Shown piece after piece: positions 44,995-56,500 of a DNA stretch of 64,000 nt; position 1 is the first letter of the stretch, and the number at the start of each line of letters is the position of its first letter. The DNA comes from Cyanophora paradoxa CCMP329. Its lineage: Eukaryota > Plantae > Glaucophyta. The notes under the pieces are model-generated. The model was not told where the DNA came from. It was given only the letters and a program-made list of their open reading frames with translations, and did no database searches. Position numbers and translations under genes: made by a program. The DNA lies in the NCBI GenBank assembly GCA_004431415.1, contig QPMI01000514.1:248001-312000 (forward strand), in the 5' to 3' direction.

Positions 44995-46326
44995 TTTTTT
45001 TTGGTGAATTACCGGCCACAGTCTCTAGACACCAGCACTGCGGGGGCTGCCCAGGGGGCATAAAGACAAAAAAGCAAAATAACTAAGACAAGAGCACGAA
45101 TTCGAAGAAAGATAAGACAAAGAGCCAAAATCGACAATAAAAAAGGAAAGACACAGAGCTCGAGACAGATCGATTGCGAGAAGAGACGATAAATCGAGCA
45201 GATCTAGGGACAGAGGATAACTGACACGAAGAAGAGCCAGAGCTAGAGGATAACTGACACGAAGAAGAGCCAGAGCTAGAGATACCATCAATATCAGAAG
45301 GAATTACATCACTAAGAAGCGGGGGACAAAATTGAGAAAGATAAATAACAGGAAGAAGACAAGTAAGAGGAACAACAAGACGACATGGAGGCGGAGGCGA
45401 AGCAGGACAATGCGAAAGGGCAGAGCTACGGCACGAGGTCGAGGAGGACACAGGAGGCGGAGCAGGCGGATCAAGAGCAGGCAAAAGAACAGTCAAAGGA
45501 ATCACTAAAGCCGGCCGGGGTCGAGGCGGGCAATCGAACTGCAAACGACGGCGAACAACAGGTCGAGCACGAGGACTATAGCTAGTATTGGAACTAACTC
45601 TAGCATCAACACTACGATCAGAATCCGAACCAGACCGAACTAAACTAGAAGACGAAGAAGTACGCCGGCGCCGGCGGGATACGATCGCGACCAGCGAAGC
45701 AGAAGACGAAGGCAAAGGCGGTAGTCCGGTATCAAGAACAAAGGCCGGAGGGTCCGGCCCGGCAAACCGCCGGGGGGAAGTAGAAGGAGCCGCAGGCTCG
45801 GCAAGCCGGCGACGGGTACGACCACGAGTCCGGAAGGAGATCGGGGAAGCCGGTCCCGGAGCTGAGGGCCCAGGAGCAGAGCCAGGAGAAGGTAAGCCCG
45901 GCGAGAAATCTGACCCGGAGCCGGAACCCAGCGAACGACGACGACGAAGAGGCCCCCGAGGAGCCACGACGGGGAGCTACCGAGCAAAGTACTGACAGCC
46001 GGCGCCGAACACGGCGGCGGAGGTACCCCGCAGACAGTGGCAGGCGGAGAGTCCAGGGTCGATCGAGAGATCCGCCGACGGGAATGCGGCGGGGGCCGAC
46101 GAGACGGAAGAGGCGAGGAGGGGGCCGAGGAAGGGTCGGAGGCAGGGGAAGGGCCGCGAGCAGGTGACGGGGATCGCTGCCGGCGCCGAAGAGAGGGCAG
46201 CGAAGCAGGAGAAAGGTCGGGTGGCGCCGGATCAGATGACACGGAGGTCATGGCCATGGGCGGTGCAGAGAGAGACGAGCTCGAGGGCGCAAGGGCCCGA
46301 CGAGGGCGCCGGCGGCGAATCTCACG
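44995..46326 (-). mobile_element. L1/Tx1-like LINE, 5'-truncated copy C (3' region only)
   Basis: Near-identical to the 3' 1.3 kb of copy B; poly(A); 11-bp TSD ACGTACATGCA (44984-44994, 46327-46337). Confidence 0.93.
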
Positions 46327-47010
46327 ACGTACATGCACAGCGGCCGCAGGCTCCGCAGCCCGACCGCGGCCGGATGCCGGCCCGAAAAACCAAGACTGAA
46401 TTAAGGGGGGATCGATCCGGATTCAATGATTCGGATCCGGAGCTCGGCGCGGAGCTCGAGGATTTCGCACGGGCTGATATCCGATCATGATTTATACGTA
46501 CTGACCATGCCATGATGAGCCAAGCCGGCCCAGTGGAATTCGACAAACTTTGAGAAAGAGCTCGATCGATCGAGAGGGACGGGGACCGTCCCCGGGGACC
46601 CCGCGGGAATTCGAAGGATTGAAATGACATGATCAGGCCCTGATCATGAAGCCGGAGAACGTTAACGGAAATTGGGCCGAATTCGAAGAGGGACGGGTGC
46701 AGATATCGATGTAGACCTGGGGGGCGGGCCCAGCGGGCGCCCCTCCTAATTAGAATTGGAAGGGTCCGGGGCGGCGCTGCGAGCTCGTTGAGCTCGAGGG
46801 CCACGCGATTAATATTAATATTACAGCTATAGCTTGTACATGTTCTGCTATCGGGGCCTGCATGCGCATACCGTCGGCGTCGACAGATCGTGAAGGCGTG
46901 CCTGACGGCGTTCAATTTTTGATTTGCAATTGAGTAGATCTAGAAGTACTTGTGTTCAGGGAAAACAAAGGAACTGCGCACGCGCGTGCAAGTGCAGTGC
47001 ACACATGGAC

Positions 47011-50000
47011 CTAGCTATATAGGGCTGAAAAGGGAGAAGCTGCGACTGCAGGTTGCCCCTCCCCCTCCCCGCTGCTCAGGCCTGTCCCTTGGTCGCCTTT
47101 GTCCTGCCCGCCCCGCCCCGCCCCGCACTCAGATCCTGCTGAGGCCCGGCCTGCGCATGCGCCGGCCCACGGGCGTGAGCGCATGCGGCGACGCACCAGC
47201 CCATCGCTAGCGCTGGACTTTGCCTTGCGCTTGCGCTTGCGCCCGGCGCGGTGCCGGCCGGGCGGCTCGGGATCGAGGGCGAGGCCGAAGCCGGCGAGGA
47301 AGGCGGTGACGCGGCCCCGCCACTCGCGGTCCCTCGGGGCGCGGTCGTGCACCCCGACCCGCGGCCGCTCCCCCTCCGCCCCCCCGAACAGCGCTCGGTA
47401 GAATGGCTCCTCCTGGTAGGCTGCGGGGCCGGCGCAAGGATGTGAACGAACGGAGGTCGACAGCGGATGCGCGACGCGCCGCGCGGCACGGGGCGGGCCC
47501 CAGAGGCCTAGGGAGAGCATCGCACCCTCGAGCTGGTAGCAGAGGCCGCGGAGCGCAGCTTCGCGGGGCCCCATCACTGTCCCGGGCCCCGGCGCCCCCT
47601 CGCTCGCAGCGACGGCGGAATCGACGAGGCGCGGCGGGCGCACTGGCGAGGAGAGTGGCGTCGCGGGCGCGGCGGGCCGCGAAGAGGCGCACCCCGGCGG
47701 GCAGCCAAAAGTAGTGCTGCCGGAGGGGGCCGGGCGGTCAGCGCTGAGGAAGGGCCGAGGCGGCGGCGAAAGGCGGAGGGGGCGGCCGCGGGGATCACCT
47801 CCTCCCGGTGCCAGCGGAAGCGGATGCCGAAGCGCGGCGGGTCGCCCCGAACGATGACGTCGGGGGGCAGCGGGCCGCCCGTCTCCAGGGGAGCGTTCTC
47901 CGGCACCTCGTCGTCGGGCTCGGGGGGCCGCGCGGGGCCCACCTGCTTCAAGCGGCCGCCAAAGCGGTGGCGAAGAGTGCCGTCGTCGGCCAACCGCGGC
48001 CCCCGGGGGCCCCCGTACTGCCGCCGGGGAGGGCCCGCCTCTTGCGGGCGATGATGCGGCCCCTCCCCCTTTTCACTGCTCGGCCCGTCGTTCTGCCCGC
48101 CCCGTGAATCAGTCGCAATCTTTCGCTCTCAAACCGGCGTGTGCGTAGGCGCCGGGCACCTGCGGGGCGGCGGAGAGGGCGAGGGCCCTCCGCAGGCCGT
48201 GGTGCACCTCGATGTCGATGCCGCAGCGCACGAGGAAGGTCCGGAGGCGGTTCTTCCCGTCGCGCGAGCTCAGCTCGGGGTCGAGCACCCCGACGGCCGG
48301 CCGCCCACCCTCGGCCTCTGGACCTCCGGTGCCGAAGAGGGCCTGGTAGAACGGCTCGACGTGGTACTCTGCGGATGACGATGCGGTGAGCGGGAACTCT
48401 CTCGCTGGCCGCTGTGGCCGGCATGCGGATGCCCATCGCGATCGGGCGCCGGGCCCCGGGGCGGGCACCCTCGAGGCGGTAGCAGAGGCCGCGGAGAGCA
48501 GCCTCCTCGGGCCCCAGCACTGCCCCCGCCCCCGCGTGAGTCTTCAACGGCGGGCAGCCAGCGGCGGCAGGCGGCGGGCGGTGCGCGTACGTGCGATGAG
48601 GATGCTGTCGCGCACCCGGCGGGCAGCAAAGAGGCGCATGCCGACCGGTAGAGTAAATTTGTACTGTGCGGGCGGTCATGCCGAATTTTTTTTTGTGTGT
48701 GTGGAGGGGCGGGGGGGGGGGGGGGGGGGGGGGGGGGCAGGGGGAGGGGGGCTATTTATGAGGAGCAAGAGATTCTGAGATGGGAGCGCACAGTTGCGCC
48801 GTCGACCGCGAAGCAGACTTCGAAGCGACCGCGATCGGAGAGTCGTTTGATGTTAGGGGGGAGCGCCAGCTGCAGCTGGGCCTGGGCGCCCTCCGGCTCG
48901 AGCTCCTCCAGGGGGACGTTCTCCGGCACCGCGTCGTCGGCCTCGGGCGGCAGCGCCGCCTCCGCCTGCTGCGCATGCCCCGACCCGAGCGTGAGCTTCG
49001 AGCTCTGCCCGCGGAAGCTGAGGGCCTAGGGCTGGCCCGCGCCGCGCTGCACCTTGCCTTTCTTCCTCACGCGGCGCCGGCGCCGCGGCTGGCGCTGGGG
49101 CGGGGCTTCTTCCCCCCCCTGGTCCCCGGGCCTTGGGCGGCCCTTCGGAGAGGAATCCACGTTCCCTCGGGGGCCTGAGGAGGGCCCAGCGGCGTCCTGC
49201 TGGCTGGAAGGCGCGCCCCCATCCGCGGCGCTCCACTCTCCCTCCGAATCCTCGCTGCTTGGCCCGCGGCCGTCGCCCTGTACATGTCCATCCGCCACAT
49301 TAAAATTTGAACGATATCGAACAACGGATGGGGCTCGGGGTGACGCATGCTCACCCGGCTGTAGCTACCGCTTGAGGCGACAGCTTTGGGCATGCGGCCC
49401 GTCTTACGACCACGGCCCTCGATGATGCCGGAGAGGGCGAGAAATGCGCGGAGTCGCTTTCGCCCGTCGGTCGTCTTTAAATCTGGGTCGCGCACTCCGA
49501 CCCGCGGGGGCTCTTCCTGCCCAAAGAGAGCGGTGTAGAATGGCTCCGCCTGGTACTCTGCGGGTGCACAGGCAATGAGCAGAAGTAATCGATGAAAGAG
49601 ACGCGCGCGCGCGTCGGTGCCGCGCTCCAGATCCTATTGCAAGCCGCACCCGCCAGTCCGTTGCAGAGGCCACGGCGAACCGCCTCATCGGGGCCCGCCA
49701 CTGCGCCGGAGCTCTCGTTCAGATGGCGCCTCAAGACGTCAAGCGGGTGCCGGTGGCGGGCGCACGCGTGATGAGAATACTGTCGCGGATGCGGCGGGCT
49801 GCGAAGAGGCGCACGCCGGCAGGAAGGGTGTAATCGAACTGAGGAGCGGCCCATGAACAGCGCAGCGGGCGGCGGGCGGCGAGGCCGGCGCACCGAGAAG
49901 TTTTCCTTGAGGAATCGGAGCTGGAACCGCTGCGGGGCGCCGACGGGGGTGCCTGGTCGAAGGAAAACGTTGGGGGGCAGCGGCACCCCGTCCCCCAGCG

Positions 50001-52573
50001 GCCGGTCCTCTTGAGCGTCTGCCTCGTTGCCTGTATGGACGACCGGCCGCAGCTCGCCCGCCCGCCCGCGCCAGCTCGAGATCGTGTTCGGCGGCCCAAT
50101 GCGGTTGTTCCAGGGGGGCGGAGCGATGGAGCTGCAGCGGTCCGAGAGCCAGCGCACGAGCCGCAGGCGGGCCTCCGGCGAGCCCGGCTCGGGATCGTGC
50201 ACGCCGACGCGCGGCGCGTCCCCCTCCTCGAACAGCTCCCCGTAGAAGAGCTCCCCAGCGTACTCTGCCGCCCGCGCGCCCCGCCCGTCAGAGCGTCCGG
50301 CACGCGGATCTAGAGTAGGCAGAGCCCGAGCGAGCGAGCGCGGGCACCCTCGAGGGGGCGGCAGAGGCCGGCGCCCGGGCGGACGGCGGCGGCGGGCCCG
50401 AAGAGGGCGAGGGCGACGCGGTCCCGGGCCCGCGCGAGGCTCTCGGCGTCCTCCACGCCCTCCCGCACGCCCACGCGCACCTGCGCGGAGGCCGTCGGCC
50501 GTGGGCGCCCGCCCGCCCCCGCCCGGGGCCTGCGCGCGGCCGGCTCGCCTGCTGCTGGAGGTCCCCCCACAGGAAGCTGATCTCGATGCGGCGCTTGCCC
50601 GGCCCCAGCCTCCAAGAGTTCCTCACCCGATGCACGTTCGGCGGGAGCGCGGGTGCCCCCGCCTTCGCTGCCGCGTCGGGCCCGGCGGTGCATGCAGAGA
50701 CGCCCGGCGGGCATGGAAGGGCCCCGCAGGAGCGGAGGAAGGCGCGGAGGCGGCGACGGGCGGCGCGCGTGCCGGGCTGCGGGTCGCGCGGGCCGACCTC
50801 GACGGGCGGGCTCCCGCCGGGGCCGAAGAGGGCGCGAAAGAAGAGCTCGTGTGCGTAGTCCTCGACGGGGAAGCTGAGGCCGTGCCCCGCGGCCGCGCCG
50901 GGGCCGTGCAGCGCCAGCAGCGCCCGATCCCGCCACTGCAGGAAGGCCTGCGGGCCGGGGAGCGTGAGCCGGGAGGCGCGGCGGGCTCGGGTCGGGCCGG
51001 GCCGGGGCGGGGCGCCTGTGCGTCGGTGCCGGCGCCGAGGACGACACGGAAGGGCGCGGCGCCCCACTCGAGGTCGAGGTGGTCGAGCCCGCCGGGGGCG
51101 ACCGCCCACTGGGGCAGGGGCCCCCGGGGCCACCCCTCCGCCCCCTCCCCCTCGCTCTCCTCCTCGCCGGCGCCCGCTGGGGCGGCCGGCGCCTCCGTGC
51201 GCTCCTCCAGCCGCTCGTCTTCGTACGGCTCCTGCGAGCTCGAGGGGCAGCGATCGGCTGGCGCCCGGCCCGGAGAGGGCGGCGGGGCGCGGCGTGGGGC
51301 GGGGCGCACGGGGCGGCCCTCGAAGGCGCCGACGCGGCGCAGGTACGCCACGAGGCGCCTGCGGGCGGCGAGCGCGCCCGGCTCCCGGTCGTGCAGCCCG
51401 ACCTGCGCCCCGCCCCGCAGGCCCCGCCACGCTCGGCGCACGGCCGGCGCAGCCCGGGGCGGGCCGGCTGCAGCGCCGGCACCTTGGGCGGGTCGGCCGA
51501 GTCGAACATCTCCTTGTAGAAGCGCTCCGAGGCGTACTCTGCCCCCCGAATCGGAGGGCGCCGCGCTGGTCGCGAGCCGGAGGGCGCCGGGCCGGGGGGG
51601 ACGGACGGGCGAGGGGGTGCACGAGGCGCGCGCCAGCCTCCGCGGGGCCGTAGCAGGCGATGACCAGGCGGTCCCTCTCCCGCGTCGCCTCCTGCGCGGC
51701 CGCGCGCGCCTCAGCGGGGGCCCCGCGCGCCGGCGCAGCGCGCAGGGCGATCTCGACGCGCCTCGAGGCCGCACTGGAGGTTGTAGCTGAACTGCGGCCG
51801 CGCGACGGCGTGGGCACCGGCGTGGCAGGTGCCAAAGGGCGCGCGCACGTTCTCGCCCCGCCACTTGAGCTTGACGTAGTAGCGCCGCTTGGCGTAGAAA
51901 AGGTTTCGGGGGAGCGGGGCCCCCCGCTCGTCCAGGCAGAACCTTCTGCCCTTCGTGCTCGCCTGCGCCCCCCGCCTCGCCCATTCAGAGCCTCGGCGCA
52001 AGGCCCGGGGCCCGCGCACGGCCGGCGGGTGCGCGCACCGGTTCCGCCTTCCGGTCCTGCCCCTTGCCGCGTGCAGCTGCAGAGCGCCGCCCATCCTTCC
52101 GGCCGCCGGCCCGCGGTCGGGCAGAAGCGTCTGCTGGCGGGGCGCCGCCGGCCCCGTTAACGTTGGCCTCCGAATGCGCATCCGCACACGCGTCTTCCTC
52201 TTCCCCCTCGAGCTCCCCCTCTTCTTCCTCGATCGTCGGCCCGGTCTCATCATCAGGGCCACGGCCAGCTACGCGTATACGTACTGTACATGTTCCAGCG
52301 AAGCTCGCTGCGGCAGCCGCTGCGGCAGCCGCGGACGCCGCGGTCACCGCCGCAGCCGCCTGCTTGCGCGCAAAGCGTCAGCGCTGCTGCACGCGCTGAG
52401 CGCGGGCCCGCGGCCGGCCGCGGCCCGCGCGCGCCGTGACGCGACGAAATCGTCGGAGACCGCAGCGCACCGCTCACCTCGCTGTTCACTGCAGATGCGA
52501 TCTGAAGCGACGAGGGCTCCCAATCTGGGTCCCAGTCATCGTATTCATGATCATCGACGCCAATGTCCTGCAT
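47011..52573 (-). CDS. Multi-exon protein with six tandem divergent AP2-like repeats (putative DNA-binding protein); ends approximate
   Basis: Six copies of (E/D)Y..E.F(Y/F)..LF...(R/K)VG..D(P/R)......RL..(F/Y/W)L near 51540, 50860, 50265, 49555, 48365 and 47415. Preceding segments such as ARARDRVALALFGPAA and WRDRALLALHGPGAAAGHGLSFPVEDY resemble the AP2 helix AARAYDxAAxxxxGxxAxLNFPxxxY. Acidic N-terminus; basic NLS-like RKRKRK. Confidence 0.6.
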
Positions 52574-53590
52574 GCATGTGATCGATACCTGCGCGCACGG
52601 CGATTTGCGGCGGGCATTAGCGATTCGAGAGTTATAAAGGCGCGTTCAAAAGCTTGCCTCACTCCCTCGGGGCGGATTCGATCGTTCAAAACTTTGGGCG
52701 CTGCACCCTGCAGCAAGCGCTGACGGCGGCCGCCCCGCCTCTAGTTTGTATCCGCAGCCTGCAGGCTAGATCTTCCGAGTGCGCGCTCCTGCGCCGCTGT
52801 GCGGCAGTGATGTTGAGCTACAACGCTGTACCCCAGCCGAGGGCCTTCACCGATATCCGAATATTAATCGACGTCGACGTCGACTCGGCCTATACTAGTA
52901 TAGCGCCGCTAGCGGCCCCCGCGCACCGGCGCCCCGCGCCGGGCCCGACGTATATACAACTTACAATTATATAATATATACAAGGCAGCTGGGAACTTCG
53001 CAAGCCTGGGATCCCGGATCCTGGGCCGGATGAGCCGGAGCTATAGCTAGCGCTCGAGGCTGGGCCGGCGCCCCGGCCCCCAGGCGCCGGCCGATATCGA
53101 TCCACCTGCAGCTGGCCATGGCCCCGCAGCGCTAGCGCTAGCCTGGCAGTGCACGTGGCCATGGACCGTGATGCAAATGGACGACCCAGCTTCCAGCAGT
53201 TGCAAGTTGCAACCTCAATTCAATGCGGCTGAAATTGCGCAGGTTCAAATAGCGGGCTCGCGCGCGATCGCCGGCGCCGGCCGCGAGGGGCCGGGAGGGC
53301 AGGCTGTACATATGACGGCAGACGCTGTCCCCATTCGAATTTAGACTAAACGAAAATGAAAGAATACTATCAACAATGCTATTACTTCGAATTCGGGTTT
53401 CTATTAGAGAAAGCGTCCACGCGAACGTAGCGGACTTTTGGCGTACGCGTCGACGGAACAGGGGGGGTACCGGGTTCGCGGGGAGAATCGGAAGTGTCGC
53501 CGGGGGGTCGGTGGGGCGGGGGGCGGGCATCGGCGCTGCTGCGAGCACGCGGGGGACCAGGAGGCGGGGAGGGGGGCCGGGTCATGGCTC

Positions 53591-56500
53591 CTAGGGCAGA
53601 GGGGCCCAGGCCATCCCCGCCACCGCGTTCAAGCGAAAGAGGACGGGGGTACGAGACGTCGGATCTGAGACGCGGCGCACGATTAGGCAAGAGCAAACAG
53701 TACCCCCGAAGCACCAGGAGTTCGCGTACCCCGCGAGAGCGGCGGCCAGGCGGCCGGCAAGGAGCGTAGCGCGCTTCTTTGTAGTCACGCTGCGGGGTAA
53801 ATGTACAGGCCGTCGCGCGAAACAGTCAAGGCGCACGGATGAAGGGGAGGGGGTGTGTGTGTGTGTGTGTGTGGAGGGGGGGGGGGGGGGGGGGGGGGGG
53901 GCGGGTTCGCACGTCGCGATGGCGATCTGCTGGGCGCGGTAGGGCCCCAATACGAGCGCAAGCTCGCGGGCTCGAGTCAGGGCAGTGTAGAAAAGGTTTC
54001 GGTTGAGCTGTTCGCGGGGTACAGTGAGCGAGAAGCCGTAGGGTACGGTGAATGGGTCATGAGGGTACCATCACGTAGTGGGAGGGGTGCAGGACGAGGG
54101 CAACGGCGGGGTACTCGCTCCCCTGCGACTTGCTGCGGGACGCTCAGACGGGGAGGCTCCTGTAGCCTTCCCCGCGGCCGCCCGCGTGGACGAGGGGGTA
54201 CGGCGCACTGTATGGAGATGGCCCAGGCGAGCTGGAGCTCGGCGAGGTCGCCGGCGTCCCTAAAGTAGAGCACCTCCCGCTCCTGCGCGCCCCGCCGGCG
54301 CCGTCGGCGGCAGCGGCGGAGGGCGCAGCCGCGGAGACCGGAGGCGGAAGGTGCAGGGGGATCCGTCGTAAGAAGGGAGCCCGCGCTCACAACAGGCCTA
54401 GGAGGCCACCCGAAACGTTTAGCGCACGCTTGAGCCCTCGCATCCCCCCTCGCATCGTCGCTCAGGCAGGGGAAGCGGGAACGGGGGCGGGGGCGGGGGG
54501 AGAATCGGGCGCGGGTACGGTGCGCGTTTGGGGCCCAACTTTGGGCGGGGGCGGGGAGCGGGAGGTGCACCGGGTAGAGGAAGCGAACGACGAGTGCCTC
54601 GCGGTGCCGCGCCCCGCCGCGCCCCGCCTCAATCAGCGACGCCGGCCGCTGCGGCGCGGCGCCCCGTACACCGTGATCAGCAGCGGGGCCGACGACTCGG
54701 CAGAGGAAGTCCGGTGGACCGGAGGTGAGGTCGTCCAGCCTAGAGCTTAAAAGCAGGGCCTCCCCCGGTAGCAAGGTGCGAGCAGCCTCGGGCCAGGCGC
54801 GCCGGCGCTCAAAGAGCGGCGGGCCCCGCCGCGGGCCCCGACATGCGGATGTGCAGGCGAGGCGAGCGGCGACTCGGTCGGTGGGGTCGCACCGGGGCGA
54901 TGCGCTCGATGCGGTCGACGACGCCGACCTCGCCGTTGAAGACCCGCTTCCCCGCCTCGTAGTTGTTCACCTGCACGCGCGCGAGGGGCGTCCGAGGGGA
55001 GAGAACAACGGTTGGATGATTGCAAGACGACCGCAGCATTTCATGAGCTTGATCGAGAATCTAACGAGAAACAGCTGCTTCGAATTCGCACCGTCTGGAT
55101 GACACGGTCCCCCACCCTGAAGACCGTCCTCGCCCCCGCTGCGGCCTGCCCACGCGGCGCCACCGCTGCCTCCGCCGCCGCCCCGCCGCCCTGGCACGAG
55201 AGGAGAGGTGAGCGTGAGCGGGAGGGGAAGGGGGCAGGGCGCTGGTACCAGGCGGATCTCGGGGAGGTCGGGGCGCGGGGGGTTGAGGGCCTCCTGCGGG
55301 GCGGTGAGGAGGGTGGAGGAGGCGAGGGGCGGGCGGGGGGCGGGGGGCGGGCCTGGAGGAGGGCGTTGAGGCTGCGCACGCCGAGCCGGCCGGCCTTCAT
55401 GGGGGCCAGCACCTGCCCCGCCCCCGCCCCGCCCTCAGCGCACGCCTCCACGCCCCGCGTCGCCTCTGGAGCTCCGTGCGGGAGAGGTCGCGGGGAGGCA
55501 CGCTGCGGCGGGGCGGGGTCGGACCTGGAGGTCGCGGCGGGGGTGGAAGCCGAGGGCGCCGGCCGCCTCCGCCGCGAAGCGCCGCAGCCGCTCCAGGATC
55601 GCCTCCGCCTCCTGCCCGGCGAGCTCGAGCCTGAGCACGCCGGTCGTGCCGCAAGGCGGAATGGAGGAGATGGAAGGGGAGGAAGAAGAAGCGGGGCGGT
55701 GCGGGGCGGGGCGGGGGGCGCGGGGGGCGGGCCTCGGCGGGGAAGGCGACGCAGTCGGAGGGGAGGCCCCGCGAGACGTCCTCCGGCAGCTCCTCCATGC
55801 GCGGCGCCTCCCCTGAGGCCCCGGCGCAGGTAAGAGTGGCTCGGCGCGCGTTGGTAACGATGGTAACGCTCGGTGCGGCGCAGGAGGCGCACCGCGGTTG
55901 ATGCGGTGCGCGTTGGTCACGATGCGCGAGCGCTCTGCCTGCCGGAAGATCTGCGGGGGGACGCGAGTTCAGGGGCGCGAGGAGGGGCGCGGGGGCGGAT
56001 GGGCGGATGGCGGGTGCCTTCGAGAGGCGGACGACGGGGAGGAGGCGGGAGTCACAGAGCTCGCCGAAGACGCGCCCGGGGCCCACGCTGCCGGCGGGGT
56101 CAGCGGGCGGCGCAGCGCCGGGGCGCCGGCGGGGCGCACGAGGGGAGCTGGTCGACGTCGCCGACGAGCAGGAGGCGCGTGCCCGCCGCGCAGGCGCGCA
56201 GCAGCGCGTTCGCGAGGAAGAGGTCCACCATCGAGGACCTGCCCCGCGCTCAGGACGAAAGGGCCCCGGCCGGAGTCGAGCCGGGGCCGCCCGCACTCGT
56301 CGACGACGATGGCGTCAGCCGACAGGGGCCGCGCCTCGTTGCGTCGGAAGCCGCCCCTACCCCCTTGCCCCGCGTACCTGGAAGGTACACGATCAGCAAG
56401 AGGTCGAGGGAGCGGGGAGGGGTACCGCTCGCTTGCTGGAGGCGGCGTCCGCTTGCTTTTTTGGGCTCTGCTCGAACCTGCACGCGCGAAAGAATATCAA

